64,000 nucleotides of DNA, from contig OY781089.1 in assembly GCA_963676565.1 (NCBI GenBank), positions 2,816,001-2,880,000 on the forward strand. The letters run 5' to 3'. The first letter of the stretch is position 1. Each line of letters starts with the position of its first letter. This DNA is from Halarcobacter sp. Its GTDB lineage: Bacteria > Campylobacterota > Campylobacteria > Campylobacterales > Arcobacteraceae. Made by a program: the position numbers and the translations under genes. Below the pieces are notes generated by a model that had not been told where the DNA came from, made no database searches, and saw nothing but the letters and a program-made list of their open reading frames with translations. Shown in pieces: positions 33,801 through 43,208 of this stretch.

Positions 33801-35248
33801 GACCCAACTGGTTCTTTCCCATCTTTTGCCATAGGTTCAATAATTTGATCAATCACTTCATATGTGATATTATAGTATTTTTGTCTCTTTTCAACATCAT
33901 CAAATCTATATGCACTTGTATCTAAAAATGATTCATCAATATACTCTTGTAAATATTCCATATCATGGTTTAACCATTTACCATAGTTTTGAGAAGATTT
34001 TAAATAATCATTAATATCATCTTGTTTTAATACTTTTCCATGTTTAAGGTCAAGACCAATCATCTCTCCAGATTGTAGTCGCCCTCTTTCACTAATATTG
34101 TCTTCATCAATTGTTACAGTACCATATTCAGAAGTAATATATATTTTATGATTTTTTGTAATAACATATTTTGCTGGTCTTAAACCATTTCTATCAATTA
34201 AACATCCTATGTGTCTCCCGTCTGTTAAAGAAACAGCAGCTGGTCCATCCCATGCTTCCATTGCAGTTGATGTATACTCATAAAATGCTCTTAAATCTGA
34301 ATCCATATGTGGTGCATTTTGCCATGGTGCAGGAATTAAACTTCTTGCAGCTTTGAAAAAATCAAATCCATTTGCTAATAAAAATTCAAACATATTATCT
34401 AAAGATGCTGAATCTGAACCACTTGGTTGTAAAATTGGTAATAATCTATCAATCTCTTCATTTGTAAAAACTTCTGATTCAATTTGTTCAGATTTTATTT
34501 GAACATTTACTCTATTCCCTTCAACTGAGTTAATTTCACCATTATGTGCAATTGCTCTAAATGGTTGAGCTAGTCTCCATTGAGGTAAAGTATTTGTTGA
34601 AAATCTTTGGTGAAATAGTGCAAAAGAGATTTGGAAATCTTCATCTCTTAAATCAATATAAAAATGCTTAATGTGCGTAGGCATGATAAGCCCTTTATAT
34701 GCAATCACTTTTGACGAAAACGTAGGAATATAAAAATCTTTCTTGTCTATTAATTTGTGTTCACACTCTTTTCTTGTAAGATATAACATAGCTTCAAATC
34801 TTTTTGAAGACATTAAAGCATTTGCACTTACAAAAACTTGAACAATATGTGGTAAACTTTCAAGTGCTTGTTTTCCTAAAGCATCAGTATCAACCGGAAC
34901 TTTTCTAGTAAATAATACTTTTAAATCATTTTCTTCACAATATTCTTTAAACGTATCGATATCTTCTAAATCTTTTGCAAAAATCATAGCTACAGCGTAT
35001 TTTTCTGGTAAATCAACACCATTTTCATTAGCTATTTTTCTCATAAATTTATTTGGCATTGAAAGTAGAAGCCCTGAACCATCTCCAGTTTTTCCATCTG
35101 CTGCCACTGCACCCCTGTGCATCATTCGCTCAAGCGATGTTATAGCATCTTCTAAATTCTCATGACTTGGTCTGTTTTTCAAATCAGCAACTAGACCAAA
35201 ACCACAGTTGTCTTTAGAAGAAGTAAGTAAATCTAAATTACATCCCAT
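30812..35248 (-). CDS. gltB: Glutamate synthase large subunit
   Basis: CGFG mature N-terminus, HQRFSTNT, QGAKPGEGGQLPG, 1478 aa. Confidence 0.97.
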   Translation of the reverse strand: MGCNLDLLTSSKDNCGFGLVADLKNRPSHENLEDAITSLERMMHRGAVAADGKTGDGSGLLLSMPNKFMRKIANENGVDLPEKYAVAMIFAKDLEDIDTFKEYCEENDLKVLFTRKVPVDTDALGKQALESLPHIVQVFVSANALMSSKRFEAMLYLTRKECEHKLIDKKDFYIPTFSSKVIAYKGLIMPTHIKHFYIDLRDEDFQISFALFHQRFSTNTLPQWRLAQPFRAIAHNGEINSVEGNRVNVQIKSEQIESEVFTNEEIDRLLPILQPSGSDSASLDNMFEFLLANGFDFFKAARSLIPAPWQNAPHMDSDLRAFYEYTSTAMEAWDGPAAVSLTDGRHIGCLIDRNGLRPAKYVITKNHKIYITSEYGTVTIDEDNISERGRLQSGEMIGLDLKHGKVLKQDDINDYLKSSQNYGKWLNHDMEYLQEYIDESFLDTSAYRFDDVEKRQKYYNITYEVIDQIIEPMAKDGKEPVGSMGDDTPLACFSNVNRNFTDFFRQKFAQVTNPPIDPYREKIVMSLETGFGHIHNILDEKPEYAKRLKVASPILMKEKFDVLRSFGEPTSPRYDKYYKNRIFSTAFKKDLKKSLEKLASYVVKAVKEDDVSVVILDDKDVSENNKLIPMAMAVGYINETLIREKIRHNVSIVAQTGEVYDPHMAAVLIGYGATAICPYMMYTSTVALYERKEISKYEMQRLLKNTQKAMNAGLLKIMSKMGISTVASYRNSRLFDIIGLSDEIVNDCFSGSHSDLAGLTYEDIEARIEKQHFNAYFDDKHMFPLDLGGFYKYTNGGEYHDYGPATTNAMHNKKAANKEDISDFDTLRDLVANRDKKFIRDFFEFNSDREAIDVSEVESIEDIFKRFATAAMSCGSISPEAHEAMAMAMNTIGGMSNSGEGGEDPARFGTLKNSKIKQVASGRFGVTPGYLRSAEEIQIKVAQGAKPGEGGQLPGHKVTALIASLRHTVEGVTLISPPPHHDIYSIEDLAQLIFDLKQINPEAKITVKLVSTIGVGTIAAGVAKAYADRIVISGADGGTGAAPLTSIKHTGNPWEMGLSEAHNALKANHLREFVHVQTDGGLKTGLDVVKAAMLGAESYAFGTAALTLLGCKILRICHTNKCSVGVATQDEDLREHFAGTVERLISYFNFIAQDVRNILASLGYKTIEEIVGRSDLLKVIDDKFAQKFDFQNVLRRIDGIDTCQKPTNKPFDSNDFEKELLKKVHRTIENPKTPIKVKETISNLNRSFGTLISGEIAKYYGDAGLPDGSINIFLKGIAGQSFGALLSKGMNLYLDGAANDYVGKGMNGGKIIINTPHQGPEFAGAGNTCLYGATGGKLFVRAAVGERFGVRNSGCTAVVEGTGDNACEYMTGGIVVILGNTGINFGAGMTGGLSFVYDPEKHFVDKMNQELIEAVRIDTDDTERERLYLKRLLMEYLNETESTLAESILENFRAEIRDFWMVKPKNMTVLPLNPEEGD

Positions 35249-35387
35249 TATTATCCTTTTATAATATAACTCTTTATATTCCTGATAAAGTCACAAATAG
35301 TATCTAAAAAATGTTTAAAATGTGGTTAATGACAATTCATCAACTTAAATTAAACTTAAAAATAATATTTTAAATTTTAAATACCAA

Positions 35388-35410
35388 AATGCTATTCTAA
35401 TGCTATTCTA
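35388..35410. repeat. Perfect 11-bp tandem direct repeat (AATGCTATTCT x2)
   Basis: Read directly in the gltB/dctP divergent spacer. Confidence 0.8.
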
Positions 35411-35451
35411 GCCAAGATTTTTTTCAAAATTTACATTTTTTGACATACTTT

Positions 35452-35473
35452 CTACACAACTTTTAATTATACT
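35452..35473 (+). promoter_or_regulatory. Putative dctP1 promoter (-10 TATACT)
   Basis: CTACACAACTTTTAATTATACT, 20/22 identical to 36662-36683. Confidence 0.55.
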
Positions 35474-35505
35474 TTTTTCATAACCATATAACTTAAGGAG
35501 TGAAA

Positions 35506-36501
35506 ATGAAAAAATTTATGATTGGAGCGGTTGCAGCAGCAGTAGTTGCTACATCTGGGTTAGCAGCAGAATATACACTTAAATTCTCACACGTTGTAAG
35601 TGCTAACACACCAAAAGGTAAAGCGGCTGATTTCTTTGAAAAAAGACTTGAAGAATTATCAGGGGGAAAAATTGATGTTCAAGTTTATCCATCGTCGCAA
35701 TTATACAATGACAATGCGGTTGTTAAAGCATTAAGACTTAACTCAGTTCAAATGGCAGCACCATCATTTTCTAAATTTGGTAAAATCGTACCAAACTTAG
35801 CATTATTTGACTTACCATTTCTTTTTAAAGATATTGATCACTTACATAGAGTTCAAGATGGACCAGTAGGACAAAAACTTAAAGATATGGTTACTGCAAA
35901 AGGTATTGTAGCTTTAGATTTCTGGGATAATGGATTTAAACAATTCTCTTCATCAAAAAAAGCTTTAATTGAGCCAGCTGATGCAGAAGGTCAAAAATTC
36001 AGAATCATGTCTTCTAAAGTTTTAGAAGCTCAAATGAAAGCAGTTGGTGGTAACCCACAAATGATGCCATTCTCTGAAGTTTATTCAGGATTACAACAAG
36101 GTGTAATTGATGCAGCAGAAAATCCAATTTCAAACATCTACACTAAAAAATTTCATGAAGTACAAACTGACTTAACTATTTCAGATCATGGTTATCTTGG
36201 ATATTTAGTGGTAATGTCTAAAAAATTCTGGAAATCATTACCAGCTGATTTACAAGCAAATGTAAAACAAGCTATGAAAGAAGCAACAGCAAAAGAAAGA
36301 GAATATGCAAAAGCTTTAGAAGCTGAGCAATTCAATGAAATTAAAAAGTATGCAGAAGAAACTGGAAAATTAAAAATTCACACTTTAACAGCTGAGCAAA
36401 AAGATGCTTGGAGAAAAGCAGTGAGTAAAATCTACCCAGAATTTTATGATGATAAATCAATTGGTAAAGATCTAATTGAAGGTGCATTAAACACTAAGTA
36501 A
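35506..36501 (+). CDS. dctP: TRAP transporter solute-binding protein DctP, copy 1
   Basis: Sec signal, KFSHVV, KFRIM, PFSEVYSGLQQGVID; ATG 35506 fits the AAGGAG RBS better than GTG 35500. Confidence 0.93.
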   Translation: MKKFMIGAVAAAVVATSGLAAEYTLKFSHVVSANTPKGKAADFFEKRLEELSGGKIDVQVYPSSQLYNDNAVVKALRLNSVQMAAPSFSKFGKIVPNLALFDLPFLFKDIDHLHRVQDGPVGQKLKDMVTAKGIVALDFWDNGFKQFSSSKKALIEPADAEGQKFRIMSSKVLEAQMKAVGGNPQMMPFSEVYSGLQQGVIDAAENPISNIYTKKFHEVQTDLTISDHGYLGYLVVMSKKFWKSLPADLQANVKQAMKEATAKEREYAKALEAEQFNEIKKYAEETGKLKIHTLTAEQKDAWRKAVSKIYPEFYDDKSIGKDLIEGALNTK

Positions 36502-36510
36502 ATTTCCCTT

Positions 36511-36537
36511 AAAACCATCGGTTTCACCGATGGTTTT
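36511..36537 (+). terminator. Intrinsic terminator after dctP1
   Basis: AAAACCATCGGT-TTC-ACCGATGGTTTT perfect hairpin. Confidence 0.8.
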
Positions 36538-36650
36538 ACTTAAACAAAATCTTCTTAAAATCCCATTAACTACCGAAAAACCTTATAAATAAAAAATCTA
36601 TTTTTTACTAAAAGTAACATGGTAAAATAAATTTGTGAATTTATTTTTAT

Positions 36651-36683
36651 CTACATAATAGCTACATAACTTTTAATTATAAT
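36651..36683 (+). promoter_or_regulatory. Putative dctP2 promoter with tandem CTACATAA repeat and -10 TATAAT
   Basis: CTACATAA at 36651 and 36662 (11-bp period), TATAAT 36678-36683. Confidence 0.55.
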
Positions 36684-36714
36684 CGTTATATGTATACAAA
36701 AAAGGAGACGATTT

Positions 36715-37770
36715 ATGACAACTACAGTTAAAGGATTCCTATCCAGTGTTGCTGTTACATCAATACTTCTGTTTAATGGGTGTACTGACAATGAAAAGGA
36801 AAAAATTCTAAAAACAAAACCTCTAGTTCAAAAGGGTGAGTACGTTTTAAAATTTTCCCATGTGGTAAGTCCAAATACACCCAAAGGTAAGGCAGCTAAC
36901 TATTTTGAAAAAAGGTTAGAAGAACTTACAGAAGGAAGAATTGATGTTCAAGTCTATCCATCTTCTCAGTTATACAAAGATAATGCCGTACTAAAAGCTT
37001 TAAAACTTGATTCAGTACAAATGGCAGCACCATCTTTTTCAAAATTTGGTAAAATAGTACCACAATTGGCATTATTTGATTTACCATTTCTTTTTAAAGA
37101 TATGTATCATCTTCACAGAGTTCAAGATGGAGTTGTAGGACAGAAGCTAAAAGATATGGTTTCCTCAAAGGGTTATATAGCATTAAACTTTTGGGATAAT
37201 CATTTCAAACAGTTATCTTCTTCTAAAAAACCTTTAATTAAGCCAGAAGATGCTGAAGGTCAAAAGTTTAGAATTATGTCTTCAAAAGTTCTTGAAGCAC
37301 AATTCCATGCAGTGGGGGCGAATCCACAAATGATGCCTTTTTCTGAAGTTTATTCAGGATTACAACAAGGCGTAATAGATGGTCAAGAGAATACAATCTC
37401 TAACATCTACACAAAAAAGTTTCACGAAGTTCAAAAATATCTAACAATAACTAATCATGGTTATTTAGGATATTTAGTAGTTATGAGTGAAAAGTTTTGG
37501 GCTAGCTTACCAAAACAGTTGCAAGAAAAAGTTGTTATTGCTATAAATGAAGCAACACAAAAAGAAAGAGAGTATGCTGAAGAGTTAAATGCACAACAAT
37601 TTAACCAAATTAAGGAGTATGCACAAAAAACTGGTGAGTTAGAAATTATTCAACTAACTAAAGAGCAAAAGGATGCTTGGAGAAAAGCTGTAAGTAAAAT
37701 CTATCCTGATTTTTATGATGAAAATCAAATTGGAGAAGATTTAATTAAGGGCGCATTAGCCACGGAGTAG
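36715..37770 (+). CDS. dctP: TRAP DctP, copy 2, probable lipoprotein
   Basis: Near-identical motifs to copy 1; lipobox-like LLFNGC. Confidence 0.92.
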   Translation: MTTTVKGFLSSVAVTSILLFNGCTDNEKEKILKTKPLVQKGEYVLKFSHVVSPNTPKGKAANYFEKRLEELTEGRIDVQVYPSSQLYKDNAVLKALKLDSVQMAAPSFSKFGKIVPQLALFDLPFLFKDMYHLHRVQDGVVGQKLKDMVSSKGYIALNFWDNHFKQLSSSKKPLIKPEDAEGQKFRIMSSKVLEAQFHAVGANPQMMPFSEVYSGLQQGVIDGQENTISNIYTKKFHEVQKYLTITNHGYLGYLVVMSEKFWASLPKQLQEKVVIAINEATQKEREYAEELNAQQFNQIKEYAQKTGELEIIQLTKEQKDAWRKAVSKIYPDFYDENQIGEDLIKGALATE

Positions 37771-37774
37771 GATT

Positions 37775-38404
37775 ATGGGGATTATTTTTAAAGTAATTAG
37801 TAAAATAATTGGGTTTATTAACCAAACAATTGCAGCAGTTGGTATCAGTGCTGGTGTTGCAATTGCGTTTACAAATGTTGTAGCAAGATATGCATTTGAT
37901 GCATCTCTAGTTTGGGCTACTGAGTTGACAATTTTTTGTTTCTTATGGAGTGTATTTTTTGCAGCAGCATATTGTTTCAAAAAAGATGCACACATTGCAA
38001 TTACAATTGTTTTAGATGCGGTTCCAAGTAGAGTTGCAAAAATCATGTTATTAATTTCACATTTAGTAACATTTATTTTCTTATGTGCAGTTTCATACTA
38101 TGGTTATGAGTATTTACTATTAGTTATTGATTTAGATGAAAGATCAATTGACCTTTGGGATATGCCAATGTGGATTCCATATTTAGTTATCCCAATTGCC
38201 TTTGCATTTGCTGCTTATAGAGTTGGTGAGAGAATTCATGTAATTTTATCAACTTCTCATGACAAAATTTTAAAAGAGAGTGAAGCAGAACATGTATTAG
38301 CTGAGATGGGTATAGGTGCTAGAAGAAATAAAGACAATGAAAATGTTCAAGAATTAAACAAAATGGTTAAAGAAGTAGAAAAGAAAACAGGAGGATTACT
38401 ATGA
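37775..38404 (+). CDS. dctQ: TRAP small permease
   Basis: 4 TM, VVARY, WATEL, AHIAI. Confidence 0.9.
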   Translation: MGIIFKVISKIIGFINQTIAAVGISAGVAIAFTNVVARYAFDASLVWATELTIFCFLWSVFFAAAYCFKKDAHIAITIVLDAVPSRVAKIMLLISHLVTFIFLCAVSYYGYEYLLLVIDLDERSIDLWDMPMWIPYLVIPIAFAFAAYRVGERIHVILSTSHDKILKESEAEHVLAEMGIGARRNKDNENVQELNKMVKEVEKKTGGLL

Positions 38405-39681
38405 GTGTAGCTGTATTATTTGGGATATTTTTCTCACTAGCTGTATTAGGAACTCCTATTGCTATTTGTTTAGGTGCTGCTACATTTGCAACACTTATGT
38501 TATTTACGCCTATTTCTCCTATTGAAATATCTGCAATGATATTTGAAAAAGTTGAACACTACTCACTTATGGCGATTCCAATGTTTATCTTTGCTGGTAA
38601 CCTTTTATCAAAAGGATCTGCTGCTCAAAGGATTATTGAATTTGCTAAATCTTGTGTAGGACACTTACCTGGTGGTCTTCCAATCTCTGCTATTTTTGCA
38701 TCTATTATTTTTGCTGCAGTTTCTGGTTCATCTCCAGCTACGGTTGTTGCTATTGGTTCTATTATGTTTGGAGCAATTATGCAAGCTGGTTACCCTAAAA
38801 GATATGCTGTTGGTACTATTGCTACTGCTGGTTCTTTAGGTATTCTAATCCCACCATCAATTGTACTAATTGTATATGGTGTAACAGCAGAAGTTTCGAT
38901 TGGTAAACTATTTATGGCTGGTGTAATCCCAGGACTTATGCTTGGTATTATGATGATGATTGTAACTTATATTGGTGCTAAAAGATTAGGTTTTGAAAGA
39001 ACTGAACCACAACCATTAAAAGTTAGACTAGCTAAAATGAAAGATGCTTCTTGGGGATTAATGACAATAGTTATTGTTATTGGTGGTATCTATGGTGGTA
39101 TTTTTACCCCAACTGAAGCAGCTGCAGTTGCTTGTGTATGGGCATTTATTGTATCTGTGTTTATTTATAAAGATATTCAAATTTCAAAAATTTATATTAC
39201 AGCTTTAGAATCTGCAAAAACAACTGCAATGATTATGTTCATTATTGCAAATGCGATGTTATTTGCTCACTTCTTAACAATTGAGAATATTCCTCAACAT
39301 ATTACAGAAGCATTAGTTGAAGCAAATGTAAATAAATATATGTTCTTATTAATGGTTAACTTACTTCTAATTTTAGCTGGTTCATTCATGGAACCATCAG
39401 CTATTATTATGATTATGGTACCGTTATTACTTCCTGTTGCAGTTGCACTTGGAATTGATCCAATTCACTTTGGTATCTTAATTACAGTTAATATGGAGCT
39501 TGGAATGGTGTCCCCACCTGTTGGTCTGAATTTGTTTGTAACATCAGGACTTACTGGTATGAGTATAAAAGATGTTATTGTAGCCGCATGGCCTTGGACA
39601 TTAACAATCTTAGTAGGTTTAATACTAATCACGTATATACCTTCAATCTCATTATTCTTACCAAATCTAATGTTTGGATAA
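38401..39681 (+). CDS. dctM: TRAP large permease
   Basis: AIPMF, SGSSPAT, ILIPPS, TPTEAA, PPVGLNLFV. Confidence 0.93.
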   Translation: MSVAVLFGIFFSLAVLGTPIAICLGAATFATLMLFTPISPIEISAMIFEKVEHYSLMAIPMFIFAGNLLSKGSAAQRIIEFAKSCVGHLPGGLPISAIFASIIFAAVSGSSPATVVAIGSIMFGAIMQAGYPKRYAVGTIATAGSLGILIPPSIVLIVYGVTAEVSIGKLFMAGVIPGLMLGIMMMIVTYIGAKRLGFERTEPQPLKVRLAKMKDASWGLMTIVIVIGGIYGGIFTPTEAAAVACVWAFIVSVFIYKDIQISKIYITALESAKTTAMIMFIIANAMLFAHFLTIENIPQHITEALVEANVNKYMFLLMVNLLLILAGSFMEPSAIIMIMVPLLLPVAVALGIDPIHFGILITVNMELGMVSPPVGLNLFVTSGLTGMSIKDVIVAAWPWTLTILVGLILITYIPSISLFLPNLMFG

Positions 39682-39687
39682 GATCCT

Positions 39688-39717
39688 AATAAAATAGGGT
39701 TAAAACCCTATTTTATT
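39688..39717. terminator. Bidirectional terminator between dctM and the convergent mcc operon end
   Basis: AATAAAATAGGGTT-AA-AACCCTATTTTATT. Confidence 0.75.
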
Positions 39718-40309
39718 TATTTTCTTTTAAAATTTCTCTTTTTATCATAGGATGTAATAAAGTTTCTCCTCTTAAAGCAAACTTTACTATATCATTATAT
39801 TCATATATCTCTTTTGTTGTATTTCTATTTGAACTAAAATTGCCAAATTGTGATTCGATTTGAGAATTTGTAACAGCACTATTCATTGCACCCATAGAGG
39901 TTTCATAGGCACCAAAACCGTAACCTAATGGTGTTGCTTCATCTCTTACATACCAAGCATAATCTGCATCTATATAAAGACCTGTATCGTGTGTATAAAC
40001 ATATTTTTTAACTTCACCTTTAAAATCTTGTTTATCAAGCCATCTAATCATACAACCAACATCATCAAAGACATAGACATTTCCATTAGATGTTATAACT
40101 TGAGCAGAGTTTTTATATGTTTTTAGCATCATGTCACAATCATTGCAAATATATCTATTGTTATAAGTTTCTAAAACTATTCTATATGGTTCATTTATAT
40201 TTTTATGTCCATATTCAACTTTTATATCTTCTCTAGTATCTCTATTGTAACTAGCTATAACAATTGATAAAACAATTAAAAATAGATAAGGAAAAGTTCT
40301 TCTAATCAT
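39713..40309 (-). CDS. NosL-like metal-binding protein with N-terminal membrane anchor
   Basis: CNDCDM, FDDVGCM, IDADYAWYV, TPLGYG. Confidence 0.7.
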   Translation of the reverse strand: MIRRTFPYLFLIVLSIVIASYNRDTREDIKVEYGHKNINEPYRIVLETYNNRYICNDCDMMLKTYKNSAQVITSNGNVYVFDDVGCMIRWLDKQDFKGEVKKYVYTHDTGLYIDADYAWYVRDEATPLGYGFGAYETSMGAMNSAVTNSQIESQFGNFSSNRNTTKEIYEYNDIVKFALRGETLLHPMIKREILKENK

Positions 40310-41259
40310 AGAAAAACTCCATTTTCAATGTAATAGCAAATAACATAATATGAACAAATCATTACAAAAATAAAATTAAATATTGAACTATATTTGAAAT
40401 AAGATACATCTTTAATTTTTATAATTGATTCAACTACATATCCACAAACACCAAAGAAAACACCTAAAAACAAACTAATCCAAATAAAATACCCTACAAA
40501 ATAATACTCTTTTTGAAGAAGACAAAATGGGCACTGATGATTTGGTAAAACATATACATAAATTCCAAAAAAGTATGTTACTGCATAATAAGAGATAAAT
40601 AAAAATGAAATATTTAGTAAAAAACTAATCACTATTTTTTTTAAATAGTTTACAATGATTATTGCAAAAAAACATATATAAAATAAAGCAACTAAATATG
40701 GCATCTCTAAATCAAATGGTATTTGATCAAATTTAAACATAGTTGAACAACAAAAAACAGGAACTTTTAAAGGAATATCATTAAAAAACAATAGTTCTAA
40801 AACTAATTCAATTACCACTAAAACAAGTAAAAAATTAAAAAGTATATATTTATTTTTTATATACAAAAATCTTTTAGATTGTAAATCAAGTCTATTAATT
40901 ATAAGCCAAACAGCAAGTAAAAAAACTATAAATATTTTAAATAAAAGTAAAATATTTCCATAATCATTTGCTCCTATTACACCAGCAACACACATAGCTC
41001 CTGGAACTACATGTCTTAGTTCATCTAAAGCTTTTACAAAATAAATAAATAAAATAATCTTAGAAACAATTGTAAAATTTATAATAGTATTAACTAAATA
41101 GTTTCTTTTTTCTAAATTATATTGTAAAGAAGTCGTAACAGAAAAATCCCATTTTCTTAGGATTTTTATAACAGAATATTCACTAATTATCATCAATCCT
41201 ACTAATATTATTTCAATAAATAAAAATACGATTATGTCATTTAGTAAAAATATATCCAT
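40306..41259 (-). CDS. Hypothetical integral membrane protein with Cys/His motifs
   Basis: Multi-TM; GAMCVAG, PVFCCS, HQCPFCLL. Confidence 0.75.
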   Translation of the reverse strand: MDIFLLNDIIVFLFIEIILVGLMIISEYSVIKILRKWDFSVTTSLQYNLEKRNYLVNTIINFTIVSKIILFIYFVKALDELRHVVPGAMCVAGVIGANDYGNILLLFKIFIVFLLAVWLIINRLDLQSKRFLYIKNKYILFNFLLVLVVIELVLELLFFNDIPLKVPVFCCSTMFKFDQIPFDLEMPYLVALFYICFFAIIIVNYLKKIVISFLLNISFLFISYYAVTYFFGIYVYVLPNHQCPFCLLQKEYYFVGYFIWISLFLGVFFGVCGYVVESIIKIKDVSYFKYSSIFNFIFVMICSYYVICYYIENGVFL

Positions 41260-41936
41260 TATTCTAAGCTTCCATCTTTTATATCTATATATCTATCTAC
41301 AAAATCAAGATTTTCAAAAAGTGAATCGTGAGTTGCTACTATAACTGTTTTCTTTAAACTTTTAAATTTTTCTAACATCTCAATAAAAATTAAAGAGTTA
41401 AACTTATCTAAATTTGCAGTTGGTTCATCGGCTAAGATAATTGATGGATTCATAACTAAAGCTCTTGCTATTGCACATCTTTGTTTTTCACCACCACTTA
41501 AACTTTCAATATTTTGTTTTGCTTTATGGGAGATATTTGCAATCTTTAAAGCTGTATTTATTTTCTTATCCAATTCCTCTTTTTTAAAACTACTTAAAAC
41601 CAGAGGGCTTAAAACATTTTCATAAGTTGTTAATCCGCTAATTAAATTAAAAGATTGAAAAATAAAACCAATCTCTTTATTTCTATATTGTGAGACATAA
41701 ATATCAGGAAGTTTTGAGATGTTTTCATTGTTTATAATAACATCCCCTGAAGTTGGTTTTGTAAGACCTGCAACTATAGACAAAAGAGTACTTTTACCAC
41801 TTCCACTTTTACCCCTTAAAATTATCATCTCCCCATCATTTACTGTTAAATTTATATCTTTTAAGGCATTAAATTGATTTTGTTTAGTTTCATTGTAAAT
41901 TTTGTTTAAATTTTTTAATTGAATTTTTTTCATCAT
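41259..41936 (-). CDS. ABC transporter ATPase (LolD/MacB-like)
   Basis: GKSGSGKS, IGFIFQSFNL, LSGGEKQR, ADEPTANLD, ATHD. Confidence 0.92.
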   Translation of the reverse strand: MMKKIQLKNLNKIYNETKQNQFNALKDINLTVNDGEMIILRGKSGSGKSTLLSIVAGLTKPTSGDVIINNENISKLPDIYVSQYRNKEIGFIFQSFNLISGLTTYENVLSPLVLSSFKKEELDKKINTALKIANISHKAKQNIESLSGGEKQRCAIARALVMNPSIILADEPTANLDKFNSLIFIEMLEKFKSLKKTVIVATHDSLFENLDFVDRYIDIKDGSLE

Positions 41937-43033
41937 TTCATAATCTCACTTATATCATCTATTGCAACTTTCCAAGATGGGATTAAAATAAATGCAAGAT
42001 AAGGAATGACAGTAAACATAAACATCAAAATCAACATTCTAATATCTACTACAGGAGTAAAGCTTAAATTTTCCATTCCATTTGCTATAAAAATAGTTTT
42101 TAAAAGTGGGGCATCTAAAATAAATACAAAAAAGTATGAGATAAAAACACCCATTAAAAAAGCAAAAATTGAAACTACACTATTTTGAATAAATTTCAAT
42201 AAAATAATATCTTTAATAGAAAAACCAATACTTCTTAAAATTGCAATATCTTTTTTTCTATCTCCAAAAATAGCTGAAACTTGGTTTTTAAGTAAAATAA
42301 AAAATGAAAGCATAGAAACAATATATACAATCATAAAAATTCCACCTTTATAATAAAAAATATGGCGTAAATCTGATTCTAATATTGCCCTTGGTATTAC
42401 CTCTGTGTAAGGAAATATATCCATTACTTTTCTTGTGATAAAATCAATCTCATTTTCATTTGGTACATAAATTGTTAAGTAAGAGTATTCATTTTCATCT
42501 AACTCTAAAATCTCTCTTGCTACATAACTGTTTACAAAAACTGTATTAAATGAAAGGATATTTGTAGATATAGTTTTATCTATGTTTTTTGTAATTTTCC
42601 CATTTTGTGTTAAAAAATTAAACTCATTAATATATTTATACTTTTTAAATAAATCTTTTAAATCTTCACTTATAACTAACGTATCATCATCTAAGCTATC
42701 ATCTGAAATTATATGAATATATCTTTCAGCTTGGGCAAATCTATAATATCCATCAACTTTCCCAAATACATTTTCAACACCATTTAACTGTATAATCTCA
42801 TCAATGTGTTTTTCGTATAAAGGATAAAACCTTCCTGCTCTTTTGTTTTTAACTATAATTTGATCTTTAATGCCAATTGTCGATAATAAATCATATTTAA
42901 TAGAATCGGAAATAAAAAGAACAGAACTTAATATAACAACAATAAATGTGAATATAAAAAATGAAAAAAAATATTCAGTTTTATCTTTTAGTAAAAGTTT
43001 TACTGAATAGTCAATGAAATTTTTATTTAACAT
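41933..43033 (-). CDS. ABC permease, FtsX/LolE/MacB type
   Basis: 1 TM + periplasmic domain + 3 TM; RKKDIAILRSIG; start moved to ATG 43033. Confidence 0.85.
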   Translation of the reverse strand: MLNKNFIDYSVKLLLKDKTEYFFSFFIFTFIVVILSSVLFISDSIKYDLLSTIGIKDQIIVKNKRAGRFYPLYEKHIDEIIQLNGVENVFGKVDGYYRFAQAERYIHIISDDSLDDDTLVISEDLKDLFKKYKYINEFNFLTQNGKITKNIDKTISTNILSFNTVFVNSYVAREILELDENEYSYLTIYVPNENEIDFITRKVMDIFPYTEVIPRAILESDLRHIFYYKGGIFMIVYIVSMLSFFILLKNQVSAIFGDRKKDIAILRSIGFSIKDIILLKFIQNSVVSIFAFLMGVFISYFFVFILDAPLLKTIFIANGMENLSFTPVVDIRMLILMFMFTVIPYLAFILIPSWKVAIDDISEIMK

Positions 43034-43208
43034 ATACAAACTCTTTATAATCACTAGATTTAAAACTAAATGAAGGTTTTATATAAGTTTTTGAAGAGAT
43101 TACTCTTAATTCATCTTCTCTTTTTTTGAAATCAAAACTAAAAAAGTTCCACAAAACAAATAACAATAAAATGAAAGAAACTAAACATAATTTAATTATA
43201 AAACTCAT
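43023..43208 (-). CDS. Small hypothetical membrane-anchored protein (61 aa)
   Basis: N-terminal hydrophobic helix; overlaps both neighbours. Confidence 0.65.
   Translation of the reverse strand: MSFIIKLCLVSFILLLFVLWNFFSFDFKKREDELRVISSKTYIKPSFSFKSSDYKEFVYVK

Noticed and set aside
35440..35445. TTGACA upstream of dctP1 as a -35 box
   Set aside because: 22 nt from the TATACT -10, too far for a sigma70 pair
41259..43033. ABC pair as the housekeeping Lol lipoprotein transporter
   Set aside because: Family-level similarity only; embedded among NosL genes in an accessory operon
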